Shown piece by piece: positions 58,999 through 60,000 of a stretch of DNA of 60,000 nucleotides. Within the stretch, counting starts at the first letter, position 1. Each line of letters starts with the position of its first letter. The DNA is taken from positions 1 through 60,000 of the forward strand of contig PBNZ01000002.1 of assembly GCA_002723275.1 (NCBI GenBank), written 5' to 3'. A program made the position numbers and the translations under genes. The stretch comes from Planctomycetaceae bacterium. GTDB taxonomy: Bacteria; Planctomycetota; Planctomycetia; Pirellulales; Pirellulaceae. Under the pieces are notes generated by a model. That model made no database searches. It saw only the letters and a program-made list of their open reading frames with translations, and had not been told where the DNA came from.

Positions 58999-60000
58999 GG
59001 CAGCACCCCCGATCGGTTCTCCGAGAGAGGGAATTGGCCGTCACCGAAGACCATCGAATCTTCATCCAGGGACGAAGGCTCGGGAGTTCTCAAATAGATC
59101 AGGAAACGAAACCCCTCGGGCGGCTCTTGCAGCGTCGATTGTTGTCGCGGATCAAGAGGTTCTGTTTCAACAGTCTCTTCCTCAAGCAACTCCAACGCCG
59201 CCTGCTGCTGTAATTCCAATTCCGTAGGTTGCAGCCAATATGGATCTTCCATGTCAAATGAAAGCTCAACAGCAACCGGTATCTGTTTCTGCTGCTTGAA
59301 ACTCCAGGAACTCGTCCAAAAAACACCATCAAAGTATCGCAAGCGAAACTTTCGAACCTCTGGCAGGTAATCAATTCTTTGATCGAAGTCACGATCCACA
59401 AAGTCTCTCATTCGCACATCGTCTCCGAAACTCAATTCGGCTTCATCATTCGAGTTGTCGGGTTGTCCGACTCCAAGAGCCTTTGGCTCCGGGATCCACG
59501 GCACTCGTAGTTCTCGCAAGACAGGTTCCAGAGAAAGACTGGACGATGCGAAATGTTTCAGAGCTAGGATTTCCCTGCGAGTCAATTCACATCGCAACAA
59601 TCCGGGCACACCGTCAGCAAGCGCGGCGTCCCGCGTCGAACGATAGCTGTAAACCACTCTTCGAATGGAATCGCGAACAATCGGTCGATTAGGGTCCTGC
59701 CAATTCACATCCCGAGGGCGTGGAGCAAAGACATCGAGCACAATAGAATTCGAATCTCCCTCAACTCCCACCACAGGGACAAGCCATTGCCTGGGCCCAC
59801 CGTTGTCAACGTCGCCAAGACGCTCCTGACCGAAGGAATCCTCAGTACTCAACGACATCAGCGACTCCGAAGGTGATCTCTCATCCGTTGATGAGTATCT
59901 CGGAAAGCTATCTGAAGACTGGCTATCTGAAGACTGGCTATCTGAAGACTGGCTATCTGAAGACTGGCTATCTGAAGACTGGCTATCTGAAGACTGGGAT
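58995..60000 (-). CDS. GspJ-like protein (putative), 5' end beyond window or at ATG 59858; reading frame stays open through 15-bp tandem repeat encoding (QSSDS)n
   Basis: C-terminal ...WSFKQQKQIPVAVELSF resembles the GspJ C-terminal LP.AV.V.L motif. No N-terminal TM is present after ATG 59858. The frame has no stop up to the window end. Confidence 0.35.
   Translation of the reverse strand, partial: SQSSDSQSSDSQSSDSQSSDSQSSDSQSSDSFPRYSSTDERSPSESLMSLSTEDSFGQERLGDVDNGGPRQWLVPVVGVEGDSNSIVLDVFAPRPRDVNWQDPNRPIVRDSIRRVVYSYRSTRDAALADGVPGLLRCELTRREILALKHFASSSLSLEPVLRELRVPWIPEPKALGVGQPDNSNDEAELSFGDDVRMRDFVDRDFDQRIDYLPEVRKFRLRYFDGVFWTSSWSFKQQKQIPVAVELSFDMEDPYWLQPTELELQQQAALELLEEETVETEPLDPRQQSTLQEPPEGFRFLIYLRTPEPSSLDEDSMVFGDGQFPLSENRSGVLP
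59906..60000. repeat. tandem direct repeat, 15-bp unit GGCTATCTGAAGACT x6 (first copy AGCTATCTGAAGACT), truncated by window edge
   Basis: Read directly: 59906-59995 in six units, then GGGAT. Confidence 0.9.

Noticed and set aside
59906-60000. Possible CRISPR array (regular direct repeats)
   Set aside because: The 15-bp units are contiguous with no spacers. This is a simple tandem repeat, not repeat-spacer architecture.

Overview
This 60 kb window looks like a chromosomal segment from a moderately GC-rich (~55%) bacterium. The gene content (sulfatase, a giant multi-N-domain secretin, an rpoC with a low-complexity C-terminal tail, extended L17 and L24) suggests Planctomycetota, but that is inference only. 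Everything here is read from the sequence by eye; no searches were run.

The first ~28 kb is the conserved translation/transcription core on the + strand. It runs from the 3' end of rplL through rpoB-rpoC, the str operon (rpsL-rpsG-fusA, no tuf), and the S10-spc-alpha ribosomal superoperon from rpsJ to rplQ. rpmJ lies below the 60-aa ORF-track threshold and was found by hand. rpsD, infA, rpmD and tuf are absent from their usual positions. A HExxH-motif protein is appended directly after rplQ.

The remainder is accessory and housekeeping:
- aldose 1-epimerase, an arylsulfatase, two SDR oxidoreductases, a GtrB-like GT2, an MDR quinone oxidoreductase and a SAM methyltransferase;
- uvrA, a dGTPase-like HD protein, a PIN/TRAM membrane protein, and an 855-aa lipoprotein with two TlpA-like thioredoxin domains (the first without its CxxC);
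- a prepilin peptidase translationally coupled to an SDR, leucyl aminopeptidase, and an NfeD-flotillin pair followed by a BON-domain protein.

The most distinctive region is 50.1-60.0 kb on the minus strand. It holds the 3' half of a type II secretion / type IV pilus-like trans-envelope operon: GspJ-like (partial), GspK-like, a PilM+PilN (GspL-like) fusion, a PilO+PilP-like (GspM-like) fusion, a 1.3-kaa secretin, and an ATGA-coupled lipoprotein (candidate pilotin). Its upstream gene runs through a 15-bp tandem repeat at the window edge.

No rRNA, tRNA, CRISPR array or mobile element was detected.
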